This document shows positions 19,634 through 29,268 of a DNA stretch of 64,000 nucleotides, one piece after another. Made by a program: the position numbers and the translations under genes. This DNA is from an uncultured Clostridia bacterium (lineage in GTDB: Bacteria > Bacillota > Clostridia > TANB77 > CAG-508): the NCBI GenBank assembly GCA_944392175.1, contig CALXVT010000003.1, forward strand, positions 1,973 through 65,972, read 5' to 3'. Position 1 is the stretch's first letter. Each line of letters opens with the position of its first letter. Below the pieces are notes generated by a model. It saw only the letters and a list, made by a program, of their open reading frames with translations, was not told the origin of the DNA and ran no database searches.

Positions 19634-20746
19634 CTATATAAGTTGTTTCATATAGTCATCAATATATTTTTTAAATATAGCTTGAACTTCTTGCATACTA
19701 ACAGCTTTTTTAAATTTTATTTTTTCAAACTTATCTCCAACAAGTTCTTTAATTTGATCTATAGTTAAGTTTGCATTTAAATTAATTAATTTATCTAATA
19801 AATACTCTATCATTTCGTCTCTAGACATATCTTGTTCTTCGTCTAATTTACTCTTTTTAGTTAGTTCCTGTGATGCTAAATAATCAATAAAAAATGTTTC
19901 ATCAACTATTCTTTTTAGTTTTCCATTTTCAATATATTCTTTTTTTTCTTTTTCTATTTTTGTTTTATTATCCATATTTTCTTGAATATAATCCCATAAT
20001 TTCATTGCATATTGAAAATTTACATTTTTTAAAATTAAGTTTGTCTTTTTTATTGGTGGTCTAATTAATCTAATATTTATTTTATCAATTTGTTTATATA
20101 CATCCACCATTGTTAATTCATTAATTTTTTTGTCTATTCCATCTATTCTGTCTAAAATTTCTTTTTTTTTCTTTCTTTTCTCGTCTTCAGTAATATTTAA
20201 TTTTGTGGATAAAGTTAAATTTATCGCCACATCCTTATTATGAAGCCTTGCTGTTCCTATATAAGATATGTATTTTTCATCTTTAACATCTTTTTTTAAG
20301 TTTTCTTCTACTATTTTTCTTTTTTTACCAGAAAACATTTTCATATTTTGAATTAATGTATAAATAAGTCTATTTTCATATGTATCATACGTTTCTTCTT
20401 TATGGATATTAAGAATTTTAGATGGTTTTACATTATCTTCTTTCTTATCTACTTCTTGTATTAAATTAGTATGTTTAGAAAGATGCTTAATACTATCTAC
20501 AGTTATTTTTCTAGCCAATTCGATTTTTACAATTTCTTCTTCATTTACTATAAATCTATTAGGATTACGTAAAATGTTATCAATATATGGAATAGTTTCT
20601 TCCATTTTTTCTATCCATTCTATATCATTAAAATAATTCTCATAATCAATATTTATTTTTGCATTAGATTCTAATTTGGACATAAAACGATCTAATTCAT
20701 TTTTATTAGCATTTTCATACAATTCGTTTAATTCTAATTTTTTCAT
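19634..20746 (-). CDS. DUF2357-like (McrC-related N-terminal domain) protein with no evident nuclease domain
   Basis: TYDTYENRLIY and TNLILKNVNFQYAMKLW resemble DUF2357 motifs; lies directly downstream of the McrB-like gene. Confidence 0.6.
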   Translation of the reverse strand: MKKLELNELYENANKNELDRFMSKLESNAKINIDYENYFNDIEWIEKMEETIPYIDNILRNPNRFIVNEEEIVKIELARKITVDSIKHLSKHTNLIQEVDKKEDNVKPSKILNIHKEETYDTYENRLIYTLIQNMKMFSGKKRKIVEENLKKDVKDEKYISYIGTARLHNKDVAINLTLSTKLNITEDEKRKKKKEILDRIDGIDKKINELTMVDVYKQIDKINIRLIRPPIKKTNLILKNVNFQYAMKLWDYIQENMDNKTKIEKEKKEYIENGKLKRIVDETFFIDYLASQELTKKSKLDEEQDMSRDEMIEYLLDKLINLNANLTIDQIKELVGDKFEKIKFKKAVSMQEVQAIFKKYIDDYMKQLI

Positions 20747-20757
20747 TTAACTACCTC

Positions 20758-22278
20758 TTAAGTTAATTTTTTTAGCCTTAGTAAAAATTCTGTACATTCT
20801 TTCATTTTATTTTTTCCAAAAGTTTTGTCTAAAAAGTTTATATATGGATCAATTTCATCTTTTATGTATGCAATGTTTAATTGTTCGAATTTTCTTAGTA
20901 TTTTTTTTGCAATAAAATAATCTACACCTGCGACTTCATCTCCACCACATGCAACATAAACCGGTACAAATTTTTTCATATGTGAAACAATACGGTTACC
21001 AAAAGCTATTCTAAAATGTTGAATTACATAATCATCCATTTGTTCGATCTTTTCTAGTGTACTATTTGAAATTGGATGTTCATTCATTGCACTTTCAAAT
21101 ATTTCTTCTAAATATGAGTAATTAACATCCATTGGATCTGTATCTATTGGATTAAATGCTTTACCTTTATCATTAATATCTATAGGCATAGCTCTATCAT
21201 ATACTTTATCTGTAACCATAAATGTTGAATCATCATTATTAATTGTTCCTATATACCACATATTTGCTGGAACTTTTATTTTTCCTCCAATTATATGTTT
21301 AGGATCTGTTTTCCAACTATTTGGTACTAATTCAATAATCCATTCATCCTTATTTGGCATTTCCAAAATAGAAAGCATTTCGGCAAAATAATATTCAACA
21401 CGAGAAATGTTCATTTCATCTAAAATTACAGTATAAACGTCATCTGTATAGCCTGCAATATACATTTCTTTTAATACTTCTGTTTCATTAAACTTTTTAG
21501 TAAACTCATTAAAATATCCAAATAATTCTGTTCTATCTCTCCAAGATGGTTGTACAGATGCAACACAAGAATCATGTTTCATAAATTTTCCCCAAGCATA
21601 TGCTAATGATGTTTTACCAGTACCAGAAATACCTTGTAATATTACAAGTTTTGTAGAAGCTAGTGCTGATATAAATAATCTCATCATATCAATTGTATAA
21701 TATAAACCTAATCTTGAAGCTGCAAAATTTCTAAAGTTTTCACATAGTTCTGGTAAAGTAAATGAATCTCCATAATTTTTAACTCTATAATTTTTATATT
21801 CTTCATCAATAGCCGTTAATTTAGCAAATCTAGATTCTTTGTCAGGATCTATTGGTTCTTCATTATCAATATCTTCTGTTGGTGATTCTCCAGGTTTTAA
21901 TCCTAATTGAGAAACTTTCATTGCTAAAATATCTTCTTTTTCTTTTACTAAATTAGCTACTTTATTATTTAAAGTCGCAACTTCATCTAAAAGCTCTTCT
22001 TTCTCTATTGCAGATTTTCTAAATTTAAAATATTTTCTAAATAAAAAATAGATTAATAAAACAATTGCTGCAACAAATATAATTAAAAGAGCTATAGAAA
22101 TACCAACCAATAGCCATTCAGGAAGTGAAAGATCATTTTTGTATGAATTTAAAATGTTTTGATATTCTTTTAAATTAAAAGCCTTAGCTAATCCACTTCC
22201 TATTCCTTTAAATATATCTCCTATACCAGAAAAAAATTGATTTAAAAATTCGTATAAAAATCTTGTAAATGTTTCCAT
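20758..22278 (-). CDS. McrB-like AAA+ GTPase with N-terminal transmembrane helix and coiled coil
   Basis: Walker A GISGTGKT; VQPSWRD; Walker B ILDEMNISRVEYYFA; McrB-type NxxD in GTINNDDST; DKVYDRA; TM segment WLLVGISIALLIIFVAAIVLLIYFLF. Confidence 0.8.
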   Translation of the reverse strand: METFTRFLYEFLNQFFSGIGDIFKGIGSGLAKAFNLKEYQNILNSYKNDLSLPEWLLVGISIALLIIFVAAIVLLIYFLFRKYFKFRKSAIEKEELLDEVATLNNKVANLVKEKEDILAMKVSQLGLKPGESPTEDIDNEEPIDPDKESRFAKLTAIDEEYKNYRVKNYGDSFTLPELCENFRNFAASRLGLYYTIDMMRLFISALASTKLVILQGISGTGKTSLAYAWGKFMKHDSCVASVQPSWRDRTELFGYFNEFTKKFNETEVLKEMYIAGYTDDVYTVILDEMNISRVEYYFAEMLSILEMPNKDEWIIELVPNSWKTDPKHIIGGKIKVPANMWYIGTINNDDSTFMVTDKVYDRAMPIDINDKGKAFNPIDTDPMDVNYSYLEEIFESAMNEHPISNSTLEKIEQMDDYVIQHFRIAFGNRIVSHMKKFVPVYVACGGDEVAGVDYFIAKKILRKFEQLNIAYIKDEIDPYINFLDKTFGKNKMKECTEFLLRLKKLT

Positions 22279-22288
22279 GCCTTACCTC

Positions 22289-23275
22289 TTATTTTTCAAT
22301 TAAATTTTTTATTTCTTTTTTATGTTTTATTATTTCATTATAATTACTCAATTCATTACTTAAAATTGAATATTCAAACATGCTTAATCTTTCTAAACTT
22401 TCTAAATCAGGTTTAAAACTTTCATCTAAATAAACAGAAAATTTATAACCTAATTTAATAAACTTATATATATTATCTTTATATTTTATAAAATTACTAT
22501 ATGTAATTAGTAAACTAGCTTTTTCTTGTAAAGCAGAAGAGTTAAGTATATTTAATAAACTTTTCATCTTTTTTTGTTTATTTAGTAAGCTTTCAGCTAA
22601 ATTTAATATATATTTCTTCTTAAAATCATGGCCTAATATATCATTTAAGATATCTCTTGATACTATTGAATATTCTACTTGTAATTTATCTTCATTTGTA
22701 GTACCTGTAGAAAAAGCTGTTTCTATAAAACTTTTACTATAAATCTTAGAAAATTTTATATTAAATTCTAATTTCGAAATATAAATATATTTACCTAATT
22801 TAAAATATTTAACATTAAATATTTTACTTTCATACTTTTCCTTTAAAGATCTTTTTAAATTATCATAATAAATATTTTTATCTAAAAAGATATTTTTAAA
22901 ATTATTATCCTTATGTGTTTCTATATATATTTCTTGTAATTTATTTAATGAAACCTCTTCGCTTTGAACTGTACTTACATTATCAAACACCAATAAATTT
23001 TTAAATATTTCACATTGTGAGTTTAAAATATTTTCTTTATATATACCTTTATCAAGCATATTAGATTTTGTAGTTTCAATTTCATTAATTAACCTATCTC
23101 TAAAAGTCCTAATATTTGTATCTTCTATAAAATTATAATATCTTGATTCTATATAATTTTCTAAATAAATATTAAATATTTCAGTATTAAAATTTTTACC
23201 TAATATTAATTTAGAGTAATCTTTAAATTCTTCTTTTAAAATACTTATATATCTATCTACTATATTAGTAATCAT
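22289..23275 (-). CDS. Hypothetical protein with possible degenerate EAL domain at the C-terminus
   Basis: C-terminal LLITYSNF...KLGYKFSVYLDESF...LERLSMFEYSIL follows the EAL pattern LEITE...G..ialDDFG...L..l..d.iKID but lacks the catalytic residues. Confidence 0.45.
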   Translation of the reverse strand: MITNIVDRYISILKEEFKDYSKLILGKNFNTEIFNIYLENYIESRYYNFIEDTNIRTFRDRLINEIETTKSNMLDKGIYKENILNSQCEIFKNLLVFDNVSTVQSEEVSLNKLQEIYIETHKDNNFKNIFLDKNIYYDNLKRSLKEKYESKIFNVKYFKLGKYIYISKLEFNIKFSKIYSKSFIETAFSTGTTNEDKLQVEYSIVSRDILNDILGHDFKKKYILNLAESLLNKQKKMKSLLNILNSSALQEKASLLITYSNFIKYKDNIYKFIKLGYKFSVYLDESFKPDLESLERLSMFEYSILSNELSNYNEIIKHKKEIKNLIEK

Positions 23276-23285
23276 TTTTCTCTCC

Positions 23286-24215
23286 TTAGTATGTATTTAC
23301 TGTTATAATTGGTGTTCCTTCTCCTTTATAGCTATAATCTTTTGTAATATCAGTTTTGTAAAATCTAATTTTTATACTTGTTATTGCATCTATTGTTAAA
23401 GAAAACTTATTTATATATGTATAATTATCAATTTTAGCAGTTGTAACATCAGTTCCTTCTTTAAAAGTACTATCTGTTACATCAATTAAAACATTATTCG
23501 GATCAAATTCAACATTAACTCTTGCAGAATAACATTTAGCTTTATTTTCTTCTGATAATTGTTGGTAAGCATCTGATGTAATTCTATCTCCCACTGAATA
23601 ATTATCAAAAGCTTCATTAACTGTATAATATGAAAGTGTATTTGTTATTTTTAATTCTAAATATTGTCTATTTGAAACATCTTCAATTTGATATGATAAA
23701 TTTTCTTTTCCAACAACAAGAGTAAATTTTCCAGTTATTGTCTTTTTATATGGCCCTTTAGATGTTGCTGTAATTTCCACCCATACAGTATCGCCTGTAT
23801 CTAATCTTGCATTAGGCGTAATTAAAATATTAAAAAAATCTGTATTAGTATCTGCAGAAATTGTTCCATTTGTTTTACTTATATCACAAATTATATTGTC
23901 TGAATAGCTATAACTTATATCATAATCAATATCATATGAAGTTACTTTTAAATTATTGCTTCTGCTATTCATATTTATTGTAATTTCATAATTATCCACA
24001 CCTGACCAATTTTCTACTTGATATTCCGCTCCTTCTTCTTTTAATTTATCACTATAAAAATAAAATTCTTTAGAGCGTAAGAAAAAATCATGAATACTAC
24101 TTGTTGCGTATTTTCCAAATACTGTTATAAAAAATACAATTATTATAAATACTATAAAAAAAATCAATATTCTTTTGTTTCTTTTTGTCTTTTTAAAATA
24201 ACTTTTTTTAGACAT
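23286..24215 (-). CDS. Secreted beta-rich subunit with SipW-like signal peptide
   Basis: Basic N-terminus, hydrophobic stretch, then TVFGKYAT; Thr/Asp/Asn-rich body; within the sipW gene run. Confidence 0.6.
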   Translation of the reverse strand: MSKKSYFKKTKRNKRILIFFIVFIIIVFFITVFGKYATSSIHDFFLRSKEFYFYSDKLKEEGAEYQVENWSGVDNYEITINMNSRSNNLKVTSYDIDYDISYSYSDNIICDISKTNGTISADTNTDFFNILITPNARLDTGDTVWVEITATSKGPYKKTITGKFTLVVGKENLSYQIEDVSNRQYLELKITNTLSYYTVNEAFDNYSVGDRITSDAYQQLSEENKAKCYSARVNVEFDPNNVLIDVTDSTFKEGTDVTTAKIDNYTYINKFSLTIDAITSIKIRFYKTDITKDYSYKGEGTPIITVNTY

Positions 24216-24229
24216 CTTTTACTCCTAAA

Positions 24230-24793
24230 TTATTGAATTGTTGTTTGTGTTGAATCTACTGAAATTTCAATTAATTCTATTACATCTTGGTAATCTATAG
24301 AGCTATAGTCTTCAGAAAAATTAACTACTAATGTATATGTATTAATACTTTCATTACTATGCTTAAAATATCTAGAGCCTAATTCCATTGTTCTAAAATA
24401 TGTACCATCATCATCTTGTTCTGTTTTAGTAGTTAAATCAATAATTTCATTATTATTTTCAAGTAATTCAAATGTTAATGGCAAATTAGTAGTAGTTCTT
24501 AGTTTTAATTTATATTCCAAATCTGTTTCTGCTATATGTCCATCTTTTTCATTTGAAATTGTAAAAACATAAGTATATGGATTAGAACTAGGTAATAAAG
24601 AATCAAGATTTAATGTCATTTCCTGATAGTCCTCGTTTAGAATATAAAACGCTGTATCTATATTTGCTTCTGAATCTGCTGTTGTTTCATATCTAGACAT
24701 TACCAAAGTAATAATTCTTATTAGTATTAAAATACATAAAATTAATATAATTACTTTTTTTAATAATATCTTGTTTTTTCTTGACATGTCCAC
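24230..24793 (-). CDS. TasA-like minor subunit with SipW-like signal peptide
   Basis: VMSRYET after the hydrophobic stretch; LLPSS...FTISN...DLEYKL pattern similar to the other subunits. Confidence 0.6.
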   Translation of the reverse strand: MDMSRKNKILLKKVIILILCILILIRIITLVMSRYETTADSEANIDTAFYILNEDYQEMTLNLDSLLPSSNPYTYVFTISNEKDGHIAETDLEYKLKLRTTTNLPLTFELLENNNEIIDLTTKTEQDDDGTYFRTMELGSRYFKHSNESINTYTLVVNFSEDYSSIDYQDVIELIEISVDSTQTTIQ

Positions 24794-24866
24794 TCCATTT
24801 CTTTGTATCTTAAGTAAATAATTGTAACAATATTATTAATTTTCGTCTTTAATCTTTTCTTTTTTT

Positions 24867-25352
24867 TCATTTAAGAAGCAAAATAATCCGAAGTAATATT
24901 AGCATTATAAATATTGGAATAATTACTTGTGGTGTAAAAATGATTTTTCTCCAAAGGGAAAAATCCGGAATAATATTTACAACTTTACCAATCAAATCAC
25001 TTTTTTGCATTGGTTCATCTTCTGTATTATTTGCATCACCTTTAGTAATAAAATTATCTTCTTCAATCTTAATTAATCTATGTGTTATAAAAGCATTATC
25101 TTTATTACAAACAATAATATCGTTTTCATTTACTTCATTTGTTATTTTAACAATAATTACATCTCCAACATCAATTGTTGGCTCCATACTACCTGTTGCT
25201 ACCTCAAAAAAAGTATATCCAAAAATATTTGCGTATGGTTTATTCACAATTTTTATTTGTACAAAATAATATATTGCTAAAATTATAATTATTGTTACTA
25301 ATATAATTAAAATATTTAAAATATATCCTAATATCTTTGACAGTTTTTTCAA
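24867..25352 (-). CDS. sipW: Signal peptidase I, SipW/ER-type (S26B)
   Basis: VATGSMEP, ITHRL, TKGDANN; TTG start with AGGAG RBS. Confidence 0.88.
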   Translation of the reverse strand: MKKLSKILGYILNILIILVTIIIILAIYYFVQIKIVNKPYANIFGYTFFEVATGSMEPTIDVGDVIIVKITNEVNENDIIVCNKDNAFITHRLIKIEEDNFITKGDANNTEDEPMQKSDLIGKVVNIIPDFSLWRKIIFTPQVIIPIFIMLILLRIILLLK

Positions 25353-25361
25353 ATCAATCTC

Positions 25362-25967
25362 CTAACCATCGTATTTTTCAATCGTTTCACCAAGATACTG
25401 GCTAACTTTAATCTCAACTGGAATTTTAATTTGATTATTTGGTTTCTCACCAATATCTATATCTTTTAAATCATTATCTTCCCATTTAACATTCACTTGT
25501 ATATTATCTGTTGTCCCTTTTTTTATGTCATCAAGTAAAATTGTACCAGTATATTCATTTTTATTAGTATTAATTAAATCTTTATTATTATTTATCTCAT
25601 TAACTGAAACAATTTCTATATTTGCATTATCAATATATTGTGTATCTAACTTTATTTCATATTTAATAGATACATCTGTATCAGATGGATCTATTAAAAT
25701 ATTAAAATTACCATTCAAACCTGGTGCTAGTTTTCCAGATTCAACTCCTTGTGATTCATCTACGTTTAATGCATCTATAGTAAAAGTTTTTACAGTTGAT
25801 GAAGATATATCGGTATTATTTACTATAATTTTCCATGTTGCACTATCTATTTTCATATCTCCTGAAAACTCACTTGTAAAAGTAGCATATGTATAAATTA
25901 TTGCACAAATTATAAATATTGCTAATAATATTAAAAATAAAGCTATTATTATCTTCTTTTTATTCAT
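25362..25967 (-). CDS. TasA-like subunit with SipW-type signal peptide
   Basis: TYATFTS motif; ATWKI...LAPGLNGNF...DVSIKYEI...VKWED. Confidence 0.7.
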   Translation of the reverse strand: MNKKKIIIALFLILLAIFIICAIIYTYATFTSEFSGDMKIDSATWKIIVNNTDISSSTVKTFTIDALNVDESQGVESGKLAPGLNGNFNILIDPSDTDVSIKYEIKLDTQYIDNANIEIVSVNEINNNKDLINTNKNEYTGTILLDDIKKGTTDNIQVNVKWEDNDLKDIDIGEKPNNQIKIPVEIKVSQYLGETIEKYDG

Positions 25968-26808
25968 TTGATTTATCCTCTGGTTTTGTTTTCTTAGTTG
26001 TTTTTCTGGTTGTTTTTTTCTGAGTTGTCGGAGTTTCTGTTTTTCTTTCAGTATCTTTTTTTACTGAAGATTTTTTAGAAGTAGATTTAGTTGTTGATGA
26101 ATTAGTTTTATTTGATGTTTCTTTCTTTGTACTAGTTTTCTTTTTTTCTGTGTTTTTATTAGACTCCTTTTTTACTGGTTCTTCTATAACTTCTTCATTT
26201 TCTGTTTCGGTCTTTTTGTTTTTATTATCATCTATATCTTCTTCATCGTCATCTTTTTCTGATTTATCAGTCTCATTATCATCATCTTCTTCTGCTTCCG
26301 CCTTTTTACCTTCTCTAATTTCTGTAAAAACAACAGTGATTTCATATATGAATGCAAATAATGAAGGGAAAACAATCAGAATTAAGAATCCCCATTTTGA
26401 TTCTAATACACCAAGTACTGTACCGATAGTGGAAATTTTTGTTACATCTTCAGCATTTCCTAAAACATATTCACTTGAAATAGATCTATCACCATCAATA
26501 GCATAAGTATATTCTGAGTCATTTACTTTTTCCACATTTTGAACTGTTGCTAATGTAACCTCAACAACATCAGCAGAAGAATTGTAAAAGAAAATTGTAT
26601 CTCCTTCTCTTATTCTTTTGCTTTTATCTACAATTACTAAATCACCTTTATTATAGGTTGGTTCTAGTTCTTCATTATCTACAATAACTAAAGAAGTATC
26701 TCCAAATTCTGAAACCTTATACTCATTAAAAGATAGCAGACATATCGTTACAAATACTGCTATTATTGCATAAATTATAAATATTATATTTCCTATTGTT
26801 CTTTTCAT
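25960..26808 (-). CDS. Degenerate SipW-like protein (pseudo-peptidase) with acidic and then Lys/Thr-rich cytoplasmic tail
   Basis: SipW topology and LEPTYNKGDLVIV box, but the catalytic Ser and His positions are not conserved. Confidence 0.6.
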   Translation of the reverse strand: MKRTIGNIIFIIYAIIAVFVTICLLSFNEYKVSEFGDTSLVIVDNEELEPTYNKGDLVIVDKSKRIREGDTIFFYNSSADVVEVTLATVQNVEKVNDSEYTYAIDGDRSISSEYVLGNAEDVTKISTIGTVLGVLESKWGFLILIVFPSLFAFIYEITVVFTEIREGKKAEAEEDDDNETDKSEKDDDEEDIDDNKNKKTETENEEVIEEPVKKESNKNTEKKKTSTKKETSNKTNSSTTKSTSKKSSVKKDTERKTETPTTQKKTTRKTTKKTKPEDKSNE

Positions 26809-26982
26809 TTTTTCCTCCCTTTAGTTAACATGAGTTATGTTAATTTTTCTTTAGTTTTTTCTTGTTTTACTATAACATAACGATTTTTCTTTTTCAACTT
26901 TTTTAGATATTTTTATTGATTTAAATTACATAAATGTTTATAATAATAATACAAATAATAATAATTTCATGGAGGAACACAA

Positions 26983-27816
26983 ATGATTAAATTTTCTACT
27001 AAAGATGATTTGCTGAAAGACATTGAATTAGAGCAAAAATCAATTAATCTTCATATTAGTAGTCAAATAAGTTTAAGCAACGAATTAGTATCTTCTATAA
27101 ATTCAATTACAGAAGATAATTTTAATGATTTTACTAAATATATAATCAATATAAAAAATAATATTGGCTTATTTAATACACTTAGTGAGAAATTAGATAT
27201 TCTAAAAGAAGAAAACGATGATGATAAAATAAAAAATATTATAAATGATTATAATCAAATATATGTATCATCTATTAATAATATTTTTTCTTCTAACTTA
27301 GAAATTCAAAGATTTATTGATAATTTACCTACTAATAATGAAAATATAAATTTGGAAAATAAAATTAATAATATTACATATATAGAAAATACTTTACTTA
27401 TTTCTGAAGTTGCTAAAGTTGTAATCTTACCATACACAATAAAATCATTAAATGAAAAACTTTCAAATTCTTCAGAATATAAAAATATAAATGAAATAAT
27501 TAATGAAGAATATACTATTCCTTTAGTTTATTATAAACATACAGCTATATGTAGATTTAAAGAAGCTATGAAATTAGCATTAAACAAAGATAAAACATCA
27601 TATTTTAAAGCTCTTTCTTTAGCAATTGAATGTCTAACAAATTATAACTTACATCCAGCAATTATTACTGCATGTAAATCTCTTGATGATTTAGATATAT
27701 ATTTGTCTTGTTTAGAAGATAATCAATTAGAAGATTTTAAAATATTTAATATAAAATATGAAATGCTACCAAAAGTAGTTAAAGTAAAAGATAATGTTAT
27801 AACTCAAAATACATAA
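26983..27816 (+). CDS. Hypothetical protein
   Basis: 277-aa ORF with GGAGG RBS; conserved-looking C-terminus LHPAIITACKSLDDLDIYLSCLE. Confidence 0.7.
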   Translation: MIKFSTKDDLLKDIELEQKSINLHISSQISLSNELVSSINSITEDNFNDFTKYIINIKNNIGLFNTLSEKLDILKEENDDDKIKNIINDYNQIYVSSINNIFSSNLEIQRFIDNLPTNNENINLENKINNITYIENTLLISEVAKVVILPYTIKSLNEKLSNSSEYKNINEIINEEYTIPLVYYKHTAICRFKEAMKLALNKDKTSYFKALSLAIECLTNYNLHPAIITACKSLDDLDIYLSCLEDNQLEDFKIFNIKYEMLPKVVKVKDNVITQNT

Positions 27817-27853
27817 AAAGAATCAAAATATGAAATTATTTTGATTCTTTTTT
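27815..27853. terminator. Bidirectional terminator
   Basis: AAAAGAATCAAAATA-tgaaat-TATTTTGATTCTTTTT between convergent genes. Confidence 0.75.
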
Positions 27854-27856
27854 AAT

Positions 27857-28918
27857 CTATTCTGTCTTAGGTTCTTCACATATTTCATCTGGCATATTTT
27901 CGTATAGTGGAATTATAAAATTAAATTCTGAATCCACTGTGTTAGATTCTTCATATTGATTTAATAACATTACTGCTTCAGAACCTGGAGCCATTAAATT
28001 TTGCATATATTGATTTGTATATAATTTGTCTTTTTTTATAATATCAAATTTTTGTAAATATAATGTGCTTTGCCCCCTACTTATATATTTAGTATTTAAA
28101 AAATCTATTCCTCCTAAAATAGCTTTTTCTAATGTATCCCAATTTTGAGAATATGCATATTCTGCAGCGTTTTCTAGTATTGTAGATGTAGAATTTCCAG
28201 AAGCAGCAATATTAAATGGATTGTATACTACTTTTCCATTATATTCATAACCTCTAGATAATTTAGTTCCTGATTTTCCCTGCTCTTGAATCAATCTAGA
28301 AACTATAAAATAAGCATCGATATCAGCATTCTTTCCAGCTTCTAAAATTGCATTTGCAATACTTTCTCCTTCTAAAAAGCTATCTTCTGTCCTACTCATA
28401 ATTCCTTTAACTGTTTGAGCTTCTTCATTAAAAGTTAATTCTTTAAATTGAAAAATCCTTTCTTCATTTATTATATTTCTTGGATCCATTCTATATTCTA
28501 TTGCCTTTGTTGATGCACATACCCAATCACCAGTATCATATGTTTGGTCTTTATCTTTTTCACATTGCCATTCACCAGAATAATTAGAAGAATACGGAAC
28601 CAGATTTAATGGAGATGTTCTTTCATCAGAGTGTCCTTCATGCCTTATAACACTATTCCAATCAAGTTTTGTGTATAGTAATGTAAAATTCCAATTTGGG
28701 TGTTCCTCTTTTAATTCATCTATTAATTTTTTATATTTAGGATATCTTGTATCATCTAAATTAGTACCATCATATACAACAAGTTTTTGTTTTGATAAAT
28801 TTGTAATAACAATTGGTGTAGCAATAATAATTACTAATAATATTATTGCTATTAATATTTTAGTTTCTCTTGGCATATATTTAATCTTTTTCAGTATTGT
28901 TTTATAATTTATTCGCAT
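27857..28918 (-). CDS. Membrane-anchored beta-N-acetylglucosaminidase (GH73-like peptidoglycan hydrolase)
   Basis: N-terminal TM; RLIQEQG, YNPFNIAA, GQSTLYLQKF and QYMQNLMAP motifs. Confidence 0.7.
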   Translation of the reverse strand: MRINYKTILKKIKYMPRETKILIAIILLVIIIATPIVITNLSKQKLVVYDGTNLDDTRYPKYKKLIDELKEEHPNWNFTLLYTKLDWNSVIRHEGHSDERTSPLNLVPYSSNYSGEWQCEKDKDQTYDTGDWVCASTKAIEYRMDPRNIINEERIFQFKELTFNEEAQTVKGIMSRTEDSFLEGESIANAILEAGKNADIDAYFIVSRLIQEQGKSGTKLSRGYEYNGKVVYNPFNIAASGNSTSTILENAAEYAYSQNWDTLEKAILGGIDFLNTKYISRGQSTLYLQKFDIIKKDKLYTNQYMQNLMAPGSEAVMLLNQYEESNTVDSEFNFIIPLYENMPDEICEEPKTE

Positions 28919-28985
28919 TGTTTACTTCCTTCCTTTGTATAATATATATAATACCAATTATAATATAATTATTCAAGAAAAGATT

Positions 28986-29252
28986 TTAATATACTGGAAT
29001 TTTTAATTCCATCCCTTCTACTAATTCAGAACTATTTAAATTATTAATATATTTTATATCTGTAACAATTGAACGAATATCTTTATTTTTATAATAAGAA
29101 TTGTTATCTTTTTCGTCTGTAGCAATTGACCATAAAGTATCTCCCATTACCACATATTCTGTTTTATATGATATATCTTTTTGTGAATAAGAATTCTTTG
29201 CAACCATTGCTATTACTATAATTGTTAGAATCATTATTACTTTCTTTTTCAT
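28986..29252 (-). CDS. yneA: LysM-domain cell division suppressor, YneA-like (start reassigned to 29252)
   Basis: TM plus LysM (GDTLWSIA...INNL...LVEGMELKIP); AAGGAGG RBS at 29259-29265; two SOS boxes upstream. Confidence 0.7.
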   Translation of the reverse strand: MKKKVIMILTIIVIAMVAKNSYSQKDISYKTEYVVMGDTLWSIATDEKDNNSYYKNKDIRSIVTDIKYINNLNSSELVEGMELKIPVY

Positions 29253-29268
29253 TTTTTGCCTCCTTATA

